From positions 1,612,001 through 1,676,000 of the forward strand of contig LSRY02000008.1 in NCBI GenBank assembly GCA_001643675.2: a stretch of 64,000 nt of DNA, written 5' to 3'. Each line of letters starts with the position of its first letter. The first letter of the stretch is position 1. The notes beneath the pieces were generated by a model, which had not been told where the DNA came from, did not search any database, and saw only the letters and a program-made list of their open reading frames with translations. Both the position numbers and the translations under genes were made by a program. The stretch is from Monocercomonoides exilis PA203. Lineage: Eukaryota > Protista > Preaxostyla. Of the stretch, positions 36,178-49,884 are shown in pieces.

Positions 36178-39100
36178 TCACCAAAACATTTCCTTTCCCT
36201 CTCTCATTTTCCATAAGCCTACCATGCCTCTCAATGAGATGTTCATCAAGATTCAAATGAGCCTGAGCTCCCTTTTCCTTCCTCTTCTCCTGCTTCTGAA
36301 ATGCATATTTCCAAAAGAAAAACTTCTTTTCCTTCAGTGCCTCCAAATTGAAACAAGAACATAATCTTCTTCGTCATTTGCTTTCCCAATAATCTCTTTT
36401 TTCTTCTGTTGTCTTCTTCTGCCTTTTTCCCACATTCCATTCGCATCCATTGCTCTTGACGACTCATGCAAATGCACTTTTGCCATTAAAAAAATAACAA
36501 TAAAAATTCAGGGGAAAAAGATAAACCGAAGAAATATTAAATAACATATGGAAAAAAAGAAAAGAAAATTGAAAGAATATTTGAAAATAAATTTGAAATA
36601 AAATATCAAAAATATGACTTTTGAGATATAATCCTTATACCTTTTTCTTCTCGAAACCTTCCGCTTCATTTTCCGCTTCTTCATTTCCCTTCTCTTCTCC
36701 TCATTCTTCTTCTCCTTCTGTTGTTCCCTCGTTTCTCTCATCTCAGTCTCATAACCCTTCTTCTCTTCCTTGATTCTTTCAATCCATATCTTCCTTCTCT
36801 CTCTTCTGCCTTCCTCTCAAATAAAACAAGGCACTTCCATCCCTCCTTTCCTCATCCTCTCCAACCATGCAACTCACACAAAAAAGAACACTCATCCCGC
36901 CATTCCCTCTGCCTCGAGCACAGTCAACACAATACGTGTAGAAACAGCATGCATTGAGTGCTGTGTGCTGCTCCATAGCCGTAGTGCTGCTTCGCTCATC
37001 CCCAGCACTTCAAGCGCACATCCCATTTTCTGTCATGGCAATATCAGGAACATCAGGGACATGCCCGTCCTTTTATCCCTTGGCTCTCTTCACACATGTT
37101 GCATGTGCTTGCCTCAATTCATCCCTCGTTGCTGCCAATGCTCGTCTGCTTCAAAAATGACAAAAACGAAGAAGAAGAAGAAGAAGAAGAAGAAAGACTT
37201 ATCCGCCTGTTGCAGTTGGCGGCAGATATGACGAAGTCGCATTGTTGCCATCGCCCGCAACAACTGTAGCAAAACAGCCCAACCCTATATTAGCAGCCGA
37301 ACAGAGCCTCAAAAAATACTGAGCTTTGCCAGCAGAAGTCGAAATACTGTTGATGGAGACGGGAAGATGATAATTCCCAACTCAAATTGCTGTATTACTG
37401 CCCATGGCAACGAAACGCCAAGCTTTCCACTCGCCCTTGTAGCAGCTCGGTGAAGGTTAAAGAACGGTAACAGCTGCAGGGTGCTTCACTTGTCTTGCCA
37501 TTCTTGCAGGAACACAGGCAGAGACTGATGCTTTTGTCACAAATTATTCTTTTTTTCATTTAAGCACGAATTTTTGGAAAGTCTTGCTTCTCTGCGCATA
37601 TTCCACAAAACACACATGCATCTTTCCGACGGCAGCAACAGCTGTTTTACTCCCATTGATGTTGCTGATCTCCACTCTCATTGCTTTGCATTGTTTTCTA
37701 AGTTTTTATTCACAAAAATTGTCCTTCCCTCGATATCGCCTGCCACTTTCCTTGCCAAAAAAGCTTCTCCTCTGCCTAGCATTCCAAAATGCTATATAAT
37801 TTTGTGCAGATTTTGTCCTTCACAGAATTCCATCCACTTTTTGTCTTCATTCAACAAAACATCAGTTGAATTTGTTTTCACCTCTTGTTCCAAATAAAAA
37901 TCATATATCTTCCGTAACTTCATTTGATTCCCAATGGCTATACAATAACAAGCTCCGTTCTCATCGCATTGCTCTACAAAGCGGAGATTGGCCATTTCAA
38001 CAATAACTCACGTTCCTGCACTTGGGAGAGGATACAGATGGAAATATCTTCGCAATCAATAGAACAATGAAAATTACATACAATATCATTTTTGTGTGAT
38101 TGATGAAATTGTTGCATTCGCCTTGGCCATCCAATTGACAAAAGTCATCAGGCAGAATTCCAAAAATATTGCATCTCACCAATTTTTGTTGTCACACAGG
38201 AAATAATATTTCTAGCTTTACAGATAATGTGCATTCACGGATTTCTCATTCTGTGAATGGACGATTCCAGTTTTTTCAAATCTGATGATCATGAAATCCA
38301 TTACAAAAAAGACTCAAACCAACAAATCATTTTCATATTTTTTTTCTTGGCAATGGCTGAGTGAAAATGGAAGTTGTTGAGAGGGGCGTGTGGAAACAAA
38401 AATTAAACTTGTTTTGGGGATATTTTATTCATTTTCTGAATTTCGTGTGTTTTCCAGTGTTTGATTGAAAGGAGAGATTGTGGCTGATCAGAGAAGCGGA
38501 TGCGCACAAGAGAAAAAGGTGCTTGCAGCAGTAATGTTTGATGAGATGATTTTTCAGCAGTTCCTTTTTGGAAAAGAAAGGCGAACGAGGGAAACAATGT
38601 TTGTGAGAAGGAGCAGGAAAGGGGAGGGGGATGGAGAGCGTGGGGTGAAGTGCCTGCTTGGTGGAGGAACACATTGCAGCTGGGATTTATGCACACATAT
38701 ATTTTATTTTGAAGGAGGAGACAAAAGCGATTTGGATGATGTATTTTAGGGAGCTGACGAGTGGGGATGTTTGGGGATGCAGTCATGCTCATCTGGGCAG
38801 TCGAGGCAGCACAGGAAAGGGAATGTGCGATTGCTTTGTGAGCCTTTCATGGTGAAAGAGGAGACAGGTTTGATGATTTGTTTCATGAGAATTTATATAT
38901 TTTATATTTTTTATTTTGTTTTTTTTTTTTATTGAAGATATTGAGTGAATTGCCGAAAGATGCATGGAAAGCCATCATATGTTGCCTGAGTGATGTCGAT
39001 GGAGCACAGATTGTTTTTTTTAAGCCTTGCTCGAAGAATGAGGAATGAGAAGAAGAAGAGATATTTCATAATTTTTTTTGGATTGAAGACTGGATGGAGG

Positions 39101-39683
39101 AAGATGGGAAGAGAAGAATGGTGAGAGCGAGGTTGAATGGGCAATGGAAGAGCGGGCGAGAACAACATTTAATTTTACTTTATTTGGAATTGGGTTTGAA
39201 AGGCGAAGGCGTGGTGTGGTGTGGTGCTTGGAGTGGATGATGTTGGGGTGAGAGGTATTTGGAGAGAGGCAAACAGGGGACGAGGGGAGTGAAGGGAAAT
39301 GAAGATATCTGGAGGTATTTTATTCTTGTTTGTTCATTTTCTTCATGTTCCATTTTTTATTTTTATTTGCATATTTTAATTTCATTGATGTGTGATGCGA
39401 TCAGGTGTTATGAGAAGCGCTGGGGGAGCATGAAACATGGGATGTGGAAACAGAACTTTTTTCTGGGACATTCCTGGAAGAAATTGGGAGAAATCAGCAT
39501 TTAGAAGAGTGTTTGGCAGAATGAGCGAGGCGGAAAAAACTGAAGAGAATGGGAAAAGGAATTTTTGTGGAATTCATTTACAAAAATCTTTTCGGAAGCA
39601 GCATCAGAAGAGGCAGGAAAATGAATACAGCCACATAATGATATATTTTGGCATGGCGCTAAGAAGCATGGGGAAGGAGGAGA

Positions 39684-41599
39684 ATGTATAGGAAGAATTT
39701 TCTTAGAGAAAATCGCATTTCTCCTCTATTTGCCAATTTTTCTCTTCACCTTCCATCCCTTTTGTATCCCTCTCCCATCTGACTTTTTTCGACATCTCAA
39801 CAGCAAATGGGGCATGCTCGTCATTGGCCAATTTCTTTTCCCAAACCACATGTTTTATGAATAGCTGCTCATTCTCATCACTCTGCGATGCGTATGATGG
39901 AGGGATTGTCTCTTCCCTCAACAATCCCTTGGCCTTTCTGACTGTCTCGAACACCTCGTTTGTTGGATGTTGTCGTACAAGAAACGTTGTATGTGAAGGA
40001 AATGCAGATGTCAAGTTGACTCCAGGGAGACAAAATACAACAGATAATGGAGCAAATTCATTCACATGGTGTGAGTGGAGTGGATCGAAAACAACAGGAA
40101 CGAATGATTCGTGGGAAGATGGTGCTTCTAACGGAGGAGCAATTTGGATGTTCAATCTGAGAAATGGAGAACTTTTTGTTTCACATTGTTTATTTAACAA
40201 TTGTTTTGCACATTGGGATGGAGGCGGAATCATGTGCCATACAATTAAATCTATTCAAATCGAAAATAATTTTTTTAATTCATGCTCTGTTCAAAACAAT
40301 GCCGGAGGAGGATTGTATGTGAATACCATTTCATCATGTGCTCGGATCAGCGGATGTGAATTCCAGAATTGTAAAGCAAACAATCAAGGAGGAGGGCTTT
40401 TGCTTCATTCTTTTGATGTTTCAGGAACAGGGTGCATTGGAACAGAAAATGAGGGAGGAGAGAGTGCGTGTGTGTTTGACTGCAGTTTCACATCATGCTC
40501 AGTTACCAGTTCATATGGTGGGGGCATTAGTTTATATAATGTCCCAGTCCAATTCAAAATGAGGAACATTCAGTTTATTTCGTGTTCAGCAGTATCACGA
40601 GGTGGAGGTTTGAGGTTGGAGCCAAACAAACAAACAGCGCCAAATGAAACAATTTATTGCTATTTCCTCTTCTTCCATGAATGCAAATGTTCGGCCAATC
40701 CTCCTTATGGTCACGATGCGTATTATGTTGATTATTATAATGTTTTTTTGAATTCAGGCAATCCGTTCTATGAATGCTACACCACAAACACAGATGACCA
40801 GAGAGTGTGCTATGCATACAATTATGCAAGTGCAAGTGCTTGGTCATATCAGCACACGGAAAAGAAGGATTGGCTGAAGAGAGGGATTCTCAATCGGTTT
40901 GTGGCTGTAAGCGGAGGTGGTGAAGAAGATCTGTGTGGGGTGAATGAATCATATGCATGCAGAACCATTGGTGTTGCAGTCATTCGGAGCGTGATTCAAG
41001 TGAGCCTGTCTGTTACGCTGATGGAAGGGAATCACACAAGCGAGACAGAAACAATTGAGATTGGAGAAAAGAAGATTTCAGTCATTGGGAAAAGAAGAGA
41101 AACATGTTCGATTGGAACAGGAGCCCTTTCATCTGTAGGAACGCTGTTCAGTGTGACGACAGGTCACCTTGGTTTATTGCACATGAAGGTTGATTGTAAC
41201 TCAAATATAAATCCTTCGCCGAGTGTGGTTGTGGTGTCTGATGGAGGTGGGTCACTCTCATTGGAGGATGTTGTGATCACCACGAGTAAAACAGGAGGCT
41301 ATGTGATGTCGTCGTCAGTGTTTGTGACGCCGCTGTCGCAGCTGTCGATGGTTGATGTGGAGATCAAAAATATGAATGTCTCAAAACCATTGTTTTCTGA
41401 GACGGATCTCTCTTCTTCTTCTTCTTCTTCATTGTCGTCATTGTTGTCATCTGCACCGTATCTGACAGCCACAGCATCAGAAGAGAGCATGGTGGTGAAT
41501 ATGAATGAGAAAGATTTGAGTTTGATTGAGGAGATCAGAGTTATTTGTGCAAATACAATCAGAGAAGAAGATTATATACTGCAACATGGAATGCAATGA
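39684..41599 (+). CDS. Cassette H, left-arm copy (ORF 39824-41599; 5' extension offset by a T-run indel at ~39738)
   Basis: 591-aa ORF with the core plus a longer downstream region (GHLGLLHMKVDCNSN...SLSLEDVVITTS) shared with I. Confidence 0.8.
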
Positions 41600-42586
41600 G
41601 AAGTGAATTTGTGATGAGTATTTATAAAATACGACTTTTTATCTAAAAGTTGAATTTTTAGATGTTGTTAGCTGCAGTTTTATTACGAATTGTCAAAGCC
41701 AGTAGCATTAAAAACTAACGAATAGATAATATGATTATAATATTGACATTGATGATTGGCGAATTTGAGATATGGTAAAATTAGTTAATTTTAATATTTA
41801 CAGTTTGTATTGTACAATTTTAACGGAACACTGAAAATCAACAGAAATAATTTATTATTTTTGTTGGGTAGGGTGAGTAATTTATTTGACCCTATTTTTT
41901 TTTCTCGTATATCTTTAAACAGTGCTTAAACATGATAAATATAATTTTAAAGTAATGAACGAAATAATTAAAAGATTAAACATTGATATTTTTAGCATGT
42001 AGTTTCTTTAGGAGAACCAATAAAATTGTAAATTTATTTGATTTTTTTATTAGTTAGCATTCTGCGCATGCATTCATATTCCGTATTAATGATGAAATTG
42101 AATTTTTTTTTTATCTTTTGACATTTTTAGTGTTTTCCTCAAAAGAAAAAAATGCCACTTTTTGAAAAATTTCATATATTTTGAAGCTTATATTTTTTTA
42201 CTGATTTAAAAAGTTTTTAGGCTGTTTTATTGACTTAAAATGGATGTTTGCTTTTCGTTAGTGTTCAAAATTGCTGATGATACGCAAAAAATTATTCGAA
42301 ACGAGAATTTTTCCACTTAAAATAATAATTGTTTAAAACCTTTCAAAATTTTGTTCACTGTCTCATGAAAAATTGTAAAAACAGATTTTTTTTATTCTTT
42401 TTGTTTTTAAACAGCATTAACATAAACTTTGTGGACGGATAAAAAATTTTTGAAAATTTTCATTTTTTTCGTGGAAAAAATTTTTTTCTCCAATAATTTT
42501 TTCTAATGAAATTGTGTGAAATTTGGGTGCATATTTGCTTATTTGAAAAAGCCCATGCTCTGTTCCAAACATTAACTGTTAATATA

Positions 42587-42822
42587 TGGATGATTATTTT
42601 TAATTCCATATTATCTCTAATAATAATATCGGTTTGAGAATTCACTTTGAATATTGATAAATGAACACTGAAAAGTGAAAAGGATTATTAAAGACATCAT
42701 CATCTTAATTTCAGCTTCGACATTAATTTTTTTTTAAAGTTGTTAAAAATCAACAACTTGATTGCAAAATCTCTTCCCAATGACAAACAATTGCTGAAAA
42801 GTCTACTACCCAAAAATATATT
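42587..42822. mobile_element. Degenerate copy of the ~257-bp MITE family straddling the P3 arm/spacer boundary (mirror ~43258-43471)
   Basis: TIR-like start tatatggatgattatttttaattccatatt. The stretch tcggtttgagaattcactttgaatattgataaatgaacactgaaaagtga matches ~2010-2059 (tcggtttgaatatttgttttgagtattcataaatgaacactaaaaagtga). Confidence 0.65.
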
Positions 42823-44457
42823 CGAAATCCTTTGATTATTCTGCATTTATTGTAAAATTATAAATATTTTTGTTGTATTGAAAATTCGAAAGTGTTATTT
42901 ATTTATCAAAATGATATTTCTAATAAATGATATATTAATTGTGATTGTGTTGAAAATCAATATTTGATATAAACGATTGTCGAATATTATATTCAATGAA
43001 TTTTTTGTTTTTCTGTGTTCATTTGCAAAAAAAGAAAGAAAATATTATTGAAAAGGATTTTGCAAATAGAATTTAAAATTTTGCAGTTAATCAATAATTA
43101 GAATAATATTAAATCATTTTTTCACATTTATTCAATATTTCTTTTATGAATCTTTAGAACAATCCAATAATTTTTCTGTATTTTCATCATAAAAACTATC
43201 TTCCTATTGGCTTAAACAGAAAATTCTCTTCATAATAATTGTAATAGGAAAGAAGATTTTTCAGCAATTGTTTGTCATTGGGAAGAGATTTTGCAATCAA
43301 GTTGTTGATTTTTAACAACTTTAAAAAAAAATTAATGTCGAAGCTGAAATTAAGATGATGATGTCTTTAATAATCCTTTTCACTTTTCAGTGTTCATTTA
43401 TCAATATTCAAAGTGAATTCTCAAACCGATATTATTATTAGAGATAATATGGAATTAAAAATAATCATCCATATATTAACAGTTAATGTTTGGAACAGAG
43501 CATGGGCTTTTTCAAATAAGCAAATATGCACCCAAATTTCACACAATTTCATTAGAAAAAATTATTGGAGAAAAAAATTTTTTCCACGAAAAAAATGAAA
43601 ATTTTCAAAAATTTTTTATCCGTCCACAAAGTTTATGTTAATGCTGTTTAAAAACAAAAAGAATAAAAAAAATCTGTTTTTACAATTTTTCATGAGACAG
43701 TGAACAAAATTTTGAAAGGTTTTAAACAATTATTATTTTAAGTGGAAAAATTCTCGTTTCGAATAATTTTTTGCGTATCATCAGCAATTTTGAACACTAA
43801 CGAAAAGCAAACATCCATTTTAAGTCAATAAAACAGCCTAAAAACTTTTTAAATCAGTAAAAAAATATAAGCTTCAAAATATATGAAATTTTTCAAAAAG
43901 TGGCATTTTTTTCTTTTGAGGAAAACACTAAAAATGTCAAAAGATAAAAAAAAAATTCAATTTCATCATTAATACGGAATATGAATGCATGCGCAGAATG
44001 CTAACTAATAAAAAATCAAATAAATTTACAATTTTATTGGTTCTCCTAAAGAAACTACATGCTAAAAATATCAATGTTTAATCTTTTAATTATTTCGTTC
44101 ATTACTTTAAAATTATATTTATCATGTTTAAGCACTGTTTAAAGATATACGAGAAAAAAAAATAGGGTCAAATAAATTACTCACCCTACCCAACAAAAAT
44201 AATAAATTATTTCTGTTGATTTTCAGTGTTCCGTTAAAATTGTACAATACAAACTGTAAATATTAAAATTAACTAATTTTACCATATCTCAAATTCGCCA
44301 ATCATCAATGTCAATATTATAATCATATTATCTATTCGTTAGTTTTTAATGCTACTGGCTTTGACAATTCGTAATAAAACTGCAGCTAACAACATCTAAA
44401 AATTCAACTTTTAGATAAAAAGTCGTATTTTATAAATACTCATCACAAATTCACTTC

Positions 44458-46374
44458 TCATTGCATTCCATGTTGCAGTATATAATCTTCTTCTCTGATT
44501 GTATTTGCACAAATAACTCTGATCTCCTCAATCAAACTCAAATCTTTCTCATTCATATTCACCACCATGCTCTCTTCTGATGCTGTGGCTGTCAGATACG
44601 GTGCAGATGACAACAATGACGACAATGAAGAAGAAGAAGAAGAAGAGAGATCCGTCTCAGAAAACAATGGTTTTGAGACATTCATATTTTTGATCTCCAC
44701 ATCAACCATCGACAGCTGCGACAGCGGCGTCACAAACACTGACGACGACATCACATAGCCTCCTGTTTTACTCGTGGTGATCACAACATCCTCCAATGAG
44801 AGTGACCCACCTCCATCAGACACCACAACCACACTCGGCGAAGGATTTATATTTGAGTTACAATCAACCTTCATGTGCAATAAACCAAGGTGACCTGTCG
44901 TCACACTGAACAGCGTTCCTACAGATGAAAGGGCTCCTGTTCCAATCGAACATGTTTCTCTTCTTTTCCCAATGACTGAAATCTTCTTTTCTCCAATCTC
45001 AATTGTTTCTGTCTCGCTTGTGTGATTCCCTTCCATCAGCGTAACAGACAGGCTCACTTGAATCACGCTCCGAATGACTGCAACACCAATGGTTCTGCAT
45101 GCATATGATTCATTCACCCCACACAGATCTTCTTCACCACCTCCGCTTACAGCCACAAACCGATTGAGAATCCCTCTCTTCAGCCAATCCTTCTTTTCCG
45201 TGTGCTGATATGACCAAGCACTTGCACTTGCATAATTGTATGCATAGCACACTCTCTGGTCATCTGTGTTTGTGGTGTAGCATTCATAGAACGGATTGCC
45301 TGAATTCAAAAAACATTATAATAATCAACATAATACGCATCGTGACCATAAGGAGGATTGGCCGAACATTTGCATTCATGGAAGAAGAGGAAATAGCAAT
45401 AAATTGTTTCATTTGGCGCTGTTTGTTTGTTTGGCTCCAACCTCAAACCTCCACCCTCGTGATACTGCTGAACACGAAATAAACTGAATGTTCCTCATTT
45501 TGAATTGGACTGGGACATTATATAAACTAATGCCCCCACCATATGAACTGGTAACTGAGCATGATGTGAAACTGCAGTCAAACACACACGCACTCTCTCC
45601 TCCCTCATTTTCTGTTCCAATGCACCCTGTTCCTGAAACATCAAAAGAATGAAGCAAAAGCCCTCCTCCTTGATTGTTTGCTTTACAATTCTGGAATTCA
45701 CATCCGCTGATCCGAGCACATGATGAAATGGTATTCACATACAATCCTCCTCCGGCATTGTTTTGAACAGAGCATGAATTAAAAAAATTATTTTCGATTT
45801 GAATAGATTTAATTGTATGGCACATGATTCCGCCTCCATCCCAATGTGCAAAACAATTGTTAAATAAACAATGTGAAACAAAAAGTTCTCCATTTCTCAG
45901 ATTGAACATCCAAATTGCTCCTCCGTTAGAAGCACCATCTTCCCACGAATCATTCGTTCCTGTTGTTTTCGATCCACTCCACTCACACCATGTGAATGAA
46001 TTTGCTCCATTATCTGTTGTATTTTGTCTCCCTGGAGTCAACTTGACATCTGCATTTCCTTCACATACAACGTTTCTTGTACGACAACATCCAACAAACG
46101 AGGTGTTCGAGACAGTCAGAAAGGCCAAGGGATTGTTGAGGGAAGAGACAATCCCTCCATCATACGCATCGCAGAGTGATGAGAATGAGCAGCTATTCAT
46201 AAAACATGTGGTTTGGGAAAAGAAATTGGCCAATGACGAGCATGCCCCATTTGCTGTTGAGATGTCGAAAAAAGTCAGATGGGAGAGGGATACAAAAGGG
46301 ATGGAAGGTGAAGAGAAAAAATTGGCAAATAGAGGAGAAATGCGATTTTCTCTAAGAAAATTCTTCCTATACAT
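44458..46374 (-). pseudogene. Cassette H, right-arm copy, with two compensating homopolymer indels
   Basis: ORFs 45409-46374 and 44458-45309; +1 at ~45455 and -1 at ~45310 relative to the left copy. Confidence 0.8.
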
Positions 46375-49300
46375 TCTCCTCCTTCCCCATGCTTCTTAGC
46401 GCCATGCCAAAATATATCATTATGTGGCTGTATTCATTTTCCTGCCTCTTCTGATGCTGCTTCCGAAAAGATTTTTGTAAATGAATTCCACAAAAATTCC
46501 TTTTCCCATTCTCTTCAGTTTTTTCCGCCTCGCTCATTCTGCCAAACACTCTTCTAAATGCTGATTTCTCCCAATTTCTTCCAGGAATGTCCCAGAAAAA
46601 AGTTCTGTTTCCACATCCCATGTTTCATGCTCCCCCAGCGCTTCTCATAACACCTGATCGCATCACACATCAATGAAATTAAAATATGCAAATAAAAATA
46701 AAAAATGGAACATGAAGAAAATGAACAAACAAGAATAAAATACCTCCAGATATCTTCATTTCCCTTCACTCCCCTCGTCCCCTGTTTGCCTCTCTCCAAA
46801 TACCTCTCACCCCAACATCATCCACTCCAAGCACCACACCACACCACGCCTTCGCCTTTCAAACCCAATTCCAAATAAAGTAAAATTAAATGTTGTTCTC
46901 GCCCGCTCTTCCATTGCCCATTCAACCTCGCTCTCACCATTCTTCTCTTCCCATCTTCCTCCATCCAGTCTTCAATCCAAAAAAAATTATGAAATATCTC
47001 TTCTTCTTCTCATTCCTCATTCTTCGAGCAAGGCTTAAAAAAAACAATCTGTGCTCCATCGACATCACTCAGGCAACATATGATGGCTTTCCATGCATCT
47101 TTCGGCAATTCACTCAATATCTTCAATAAAAAAAAAAAAACAAAATAAAAAATATAAAATATATAAATTCTCATGAAACAAATCATCAAACCTGTCTCCT
47201 CTTTCACCATGAAAGGCTCACAAAGCAATCGCACATTCCCTTTCCTGTGCTGCCTCGACTGCCCAGATGAGCATGACTGCATCCCCAAACATCCCCACTC
47301 GTCAGCTCCCTAAAATACATCATCCAAATCGCTTTTGTCTCCTCCTTCAAAATAAAATATATGTGTGCATAAATCCCAGCTGCAATGTGTTCCTCCACCA
47401 AGCAGGCACTTCACCCCACGCTCTCCATCCCCCTCCCCTTTCCTGCTCCTTCTCACAAACATTGTTTCCCTCGTTCGCCTTTCTTTTCCAAAAAAGGAAC
47501 TGCTGAAAAATCATCTCATCAAACATTACTGCTGCAAGCACCTTTTTCTCTTGTGCGCATCCGCTTCTCTGATCAGCCACAATCTCTCCTTTCAATCAAA
47601 CACTGGAAAACACACGAAATTCAGAAAATGAATAAAATATCCCCAAAACAAGTTTAATTTTTGTTTCCACACGCCCCTCTCAACAACTTCCATTTTCACT
47701 CAGCCATTGCCAAGAAAAAAAATATGAAAATGATTTGTTGGTTTGAGTCTTTTTTGTAATGGATTTCATGATCATCAGATTTGAAAAAACTGGAATCGTC
47801 CATTCACAGAATGAGAAATCCGTGAATGCACATTATCTGTAAAGCTAGAAATATTATTTCCTGTGTGACAACAAAAATTGGTGAGATGCAATATTTTTGG
47901 AATTCTGCCTGATGACTTTTGTCAATTGGATGGCCAAGGCGAATGCAACAATTTCATCAATCACACAAAAATGATATTGTATGTAATTTTCATTGTTCTA
48001 TTGATTGCGAAGATATTTCCATCTGTATCCTCTCCCAAGTGCAGGAACGTGAGTTATTGTTGAAATGGCCAATCTCCGCTTTGTAGAGCAATGCGATGAG
48101 AACGGAGCTTGTTATTGTATAGCCATTGGGAATCAAATGAAGTTACGGAAGATATATGATTTTTATTTGGAACAAGAGGTGAAAACAAATTCAACTGATG
48201 TTTTGTTGAATGAAGACAAAAAGTGGATGGAATTCTGTGAAGGACAAAATCTGCACAAAATTATATAGCATTTTGGAATGCTAGGCAGAGGAGAAGCTTT
48301 TTTGGCAAGGAAAGTGGCAGGCGATATCGAGGGAAGGACAATTTTTGTGAATAAAAACTTAGAAAACAATGCAAAGCAATGAGAGTGGAGATCAGCAACA
48401 TCAATGGGAGTAAAACAGCTGTTGCTGCCGTCGGAAAGATGCATGTGTGTTTTGTGGAATATGCGCAGAGAAGCAAGACTTTCCAAAAATTCGTGCTTAA
48501 ATGAAAAAAAGAATAATTTGTGACAAAAGCATCAGTCTCTGCCTGTGTTCCTGCAAGAATGGCAAGACAAGTGAAGCACCCTGCAGCTGTTACCGTTCTT
48601 TAACCTTCACCGAGCTGCTACAAGGGCGAGTGGAAAGCTTGGCGTTTCGTTGCCATGGGCAGTAATACAGCAATTTGAGTTGGGAATTATCATCTTCCCG
48701 TCTCCATCAACAGTATTTCGACTTCTGCTGGCAAAGCTCAGTATTTTTTGAGGCTCTGTTCGGCTGCTAATATAGGGTTGGGCTGTTTTGCTACAGTTGT
48801 TGCGGGCGATGGCAACAATGCGACTTCGTCATATCTGCCGCCAACTGCAACAGGCGGATAAGTCTTTCTTCTTCTTCTTCTTCTTCTTCTTCGTTTTTGT
48901 CATTTTTGAAGCAGACGAGCATTGGCAGCAACGAGGGATGAATTGAGGCAAGCACATGCAACATGTGTGAAGAGAGCCAAGGGATAAAAGGACGGGCATG
49001 TCCCTGATGTTCCTGATATTGCCATGACAGAAAATGGGATGTGCGCTTGAAGTGCTGGGGATGAGCGAAGCAGCACTACGGCTATGGAGCAGCACACAGC
49101 ACTCAAGGCATGCTGTTTCTACACGTATTGTGTTGACTGTGCTCGAGGCAGAGGGAATGGCGGGATGAGTGTTCTTTTTTGTGTGAGTTGCATGGTTGGA
49201 GAGGATGAGGAAAGGAGGGATGGAAGTGCCTTGTTTTATTTGAGAGGAAGGCAGAAGAGAGAGAAGGAAGATATGGATTGAAAGAATCAAGGAAGAGAAG

Positions 49301-49884
49301 AAGGGTTATGAGACTGAGATGAGAGAAACGAGGGAACAACAGAAGGAGAAGAAGAATGAGGAGAAGAGAAGGGAAATGAAGAAGCGGAAAATGAAGCGGA
49401 AGGTTTCGAGAAGAAAAAGGTATAAGGATTATATCTCAAAAGTCATATTTTTGATATTTTATTTCAAATTTATTTTCAAATATTCTTTCAATTTTCTTTT
49501 CTTTTTTTCCATATGTTATTTAATATTTCTTCGGTTTATCTTTTTTCCCCTGAATTTTTATTGTTATTTTTTTAATGGCAAAAGTGCATTTGCATGAGTC
49601 GTCAAGAGCAATGGATGCGAATGGAATGTGGGAAAAAGGCAGAAGAAGACAACAGAAGAAAAAAGAGATTATTGGGAAAGCAAATGACGAAGAAGATTAT
49701 GTTCTTGTTTCAATTTGGAGGCACTGAAGGAAAAAGAAGTTTTTCTTTTGGAAATATGCATTTCAGAAGCAGGAGAAGAGGAAGGAAAAGGGAGCTCAGG
49801 CTCATTTGAATCTTGATGAACATCTCATTGAGAGGCATGGTAGGCTTATGGAAAATGAGAGAGGGAAAGGAAATGTTTTGGTGA

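Noticed and set aside
11944-46374. Arm-specific frameshifts in C, D, F and H as true pseudogenisation or phase variation
   Set aside because: All lie in homopolymers or a GT repeat and are absent at the mirror position. This is typical of long-read consensus error in hard-to-polish repeats and cannot be decided without reads.
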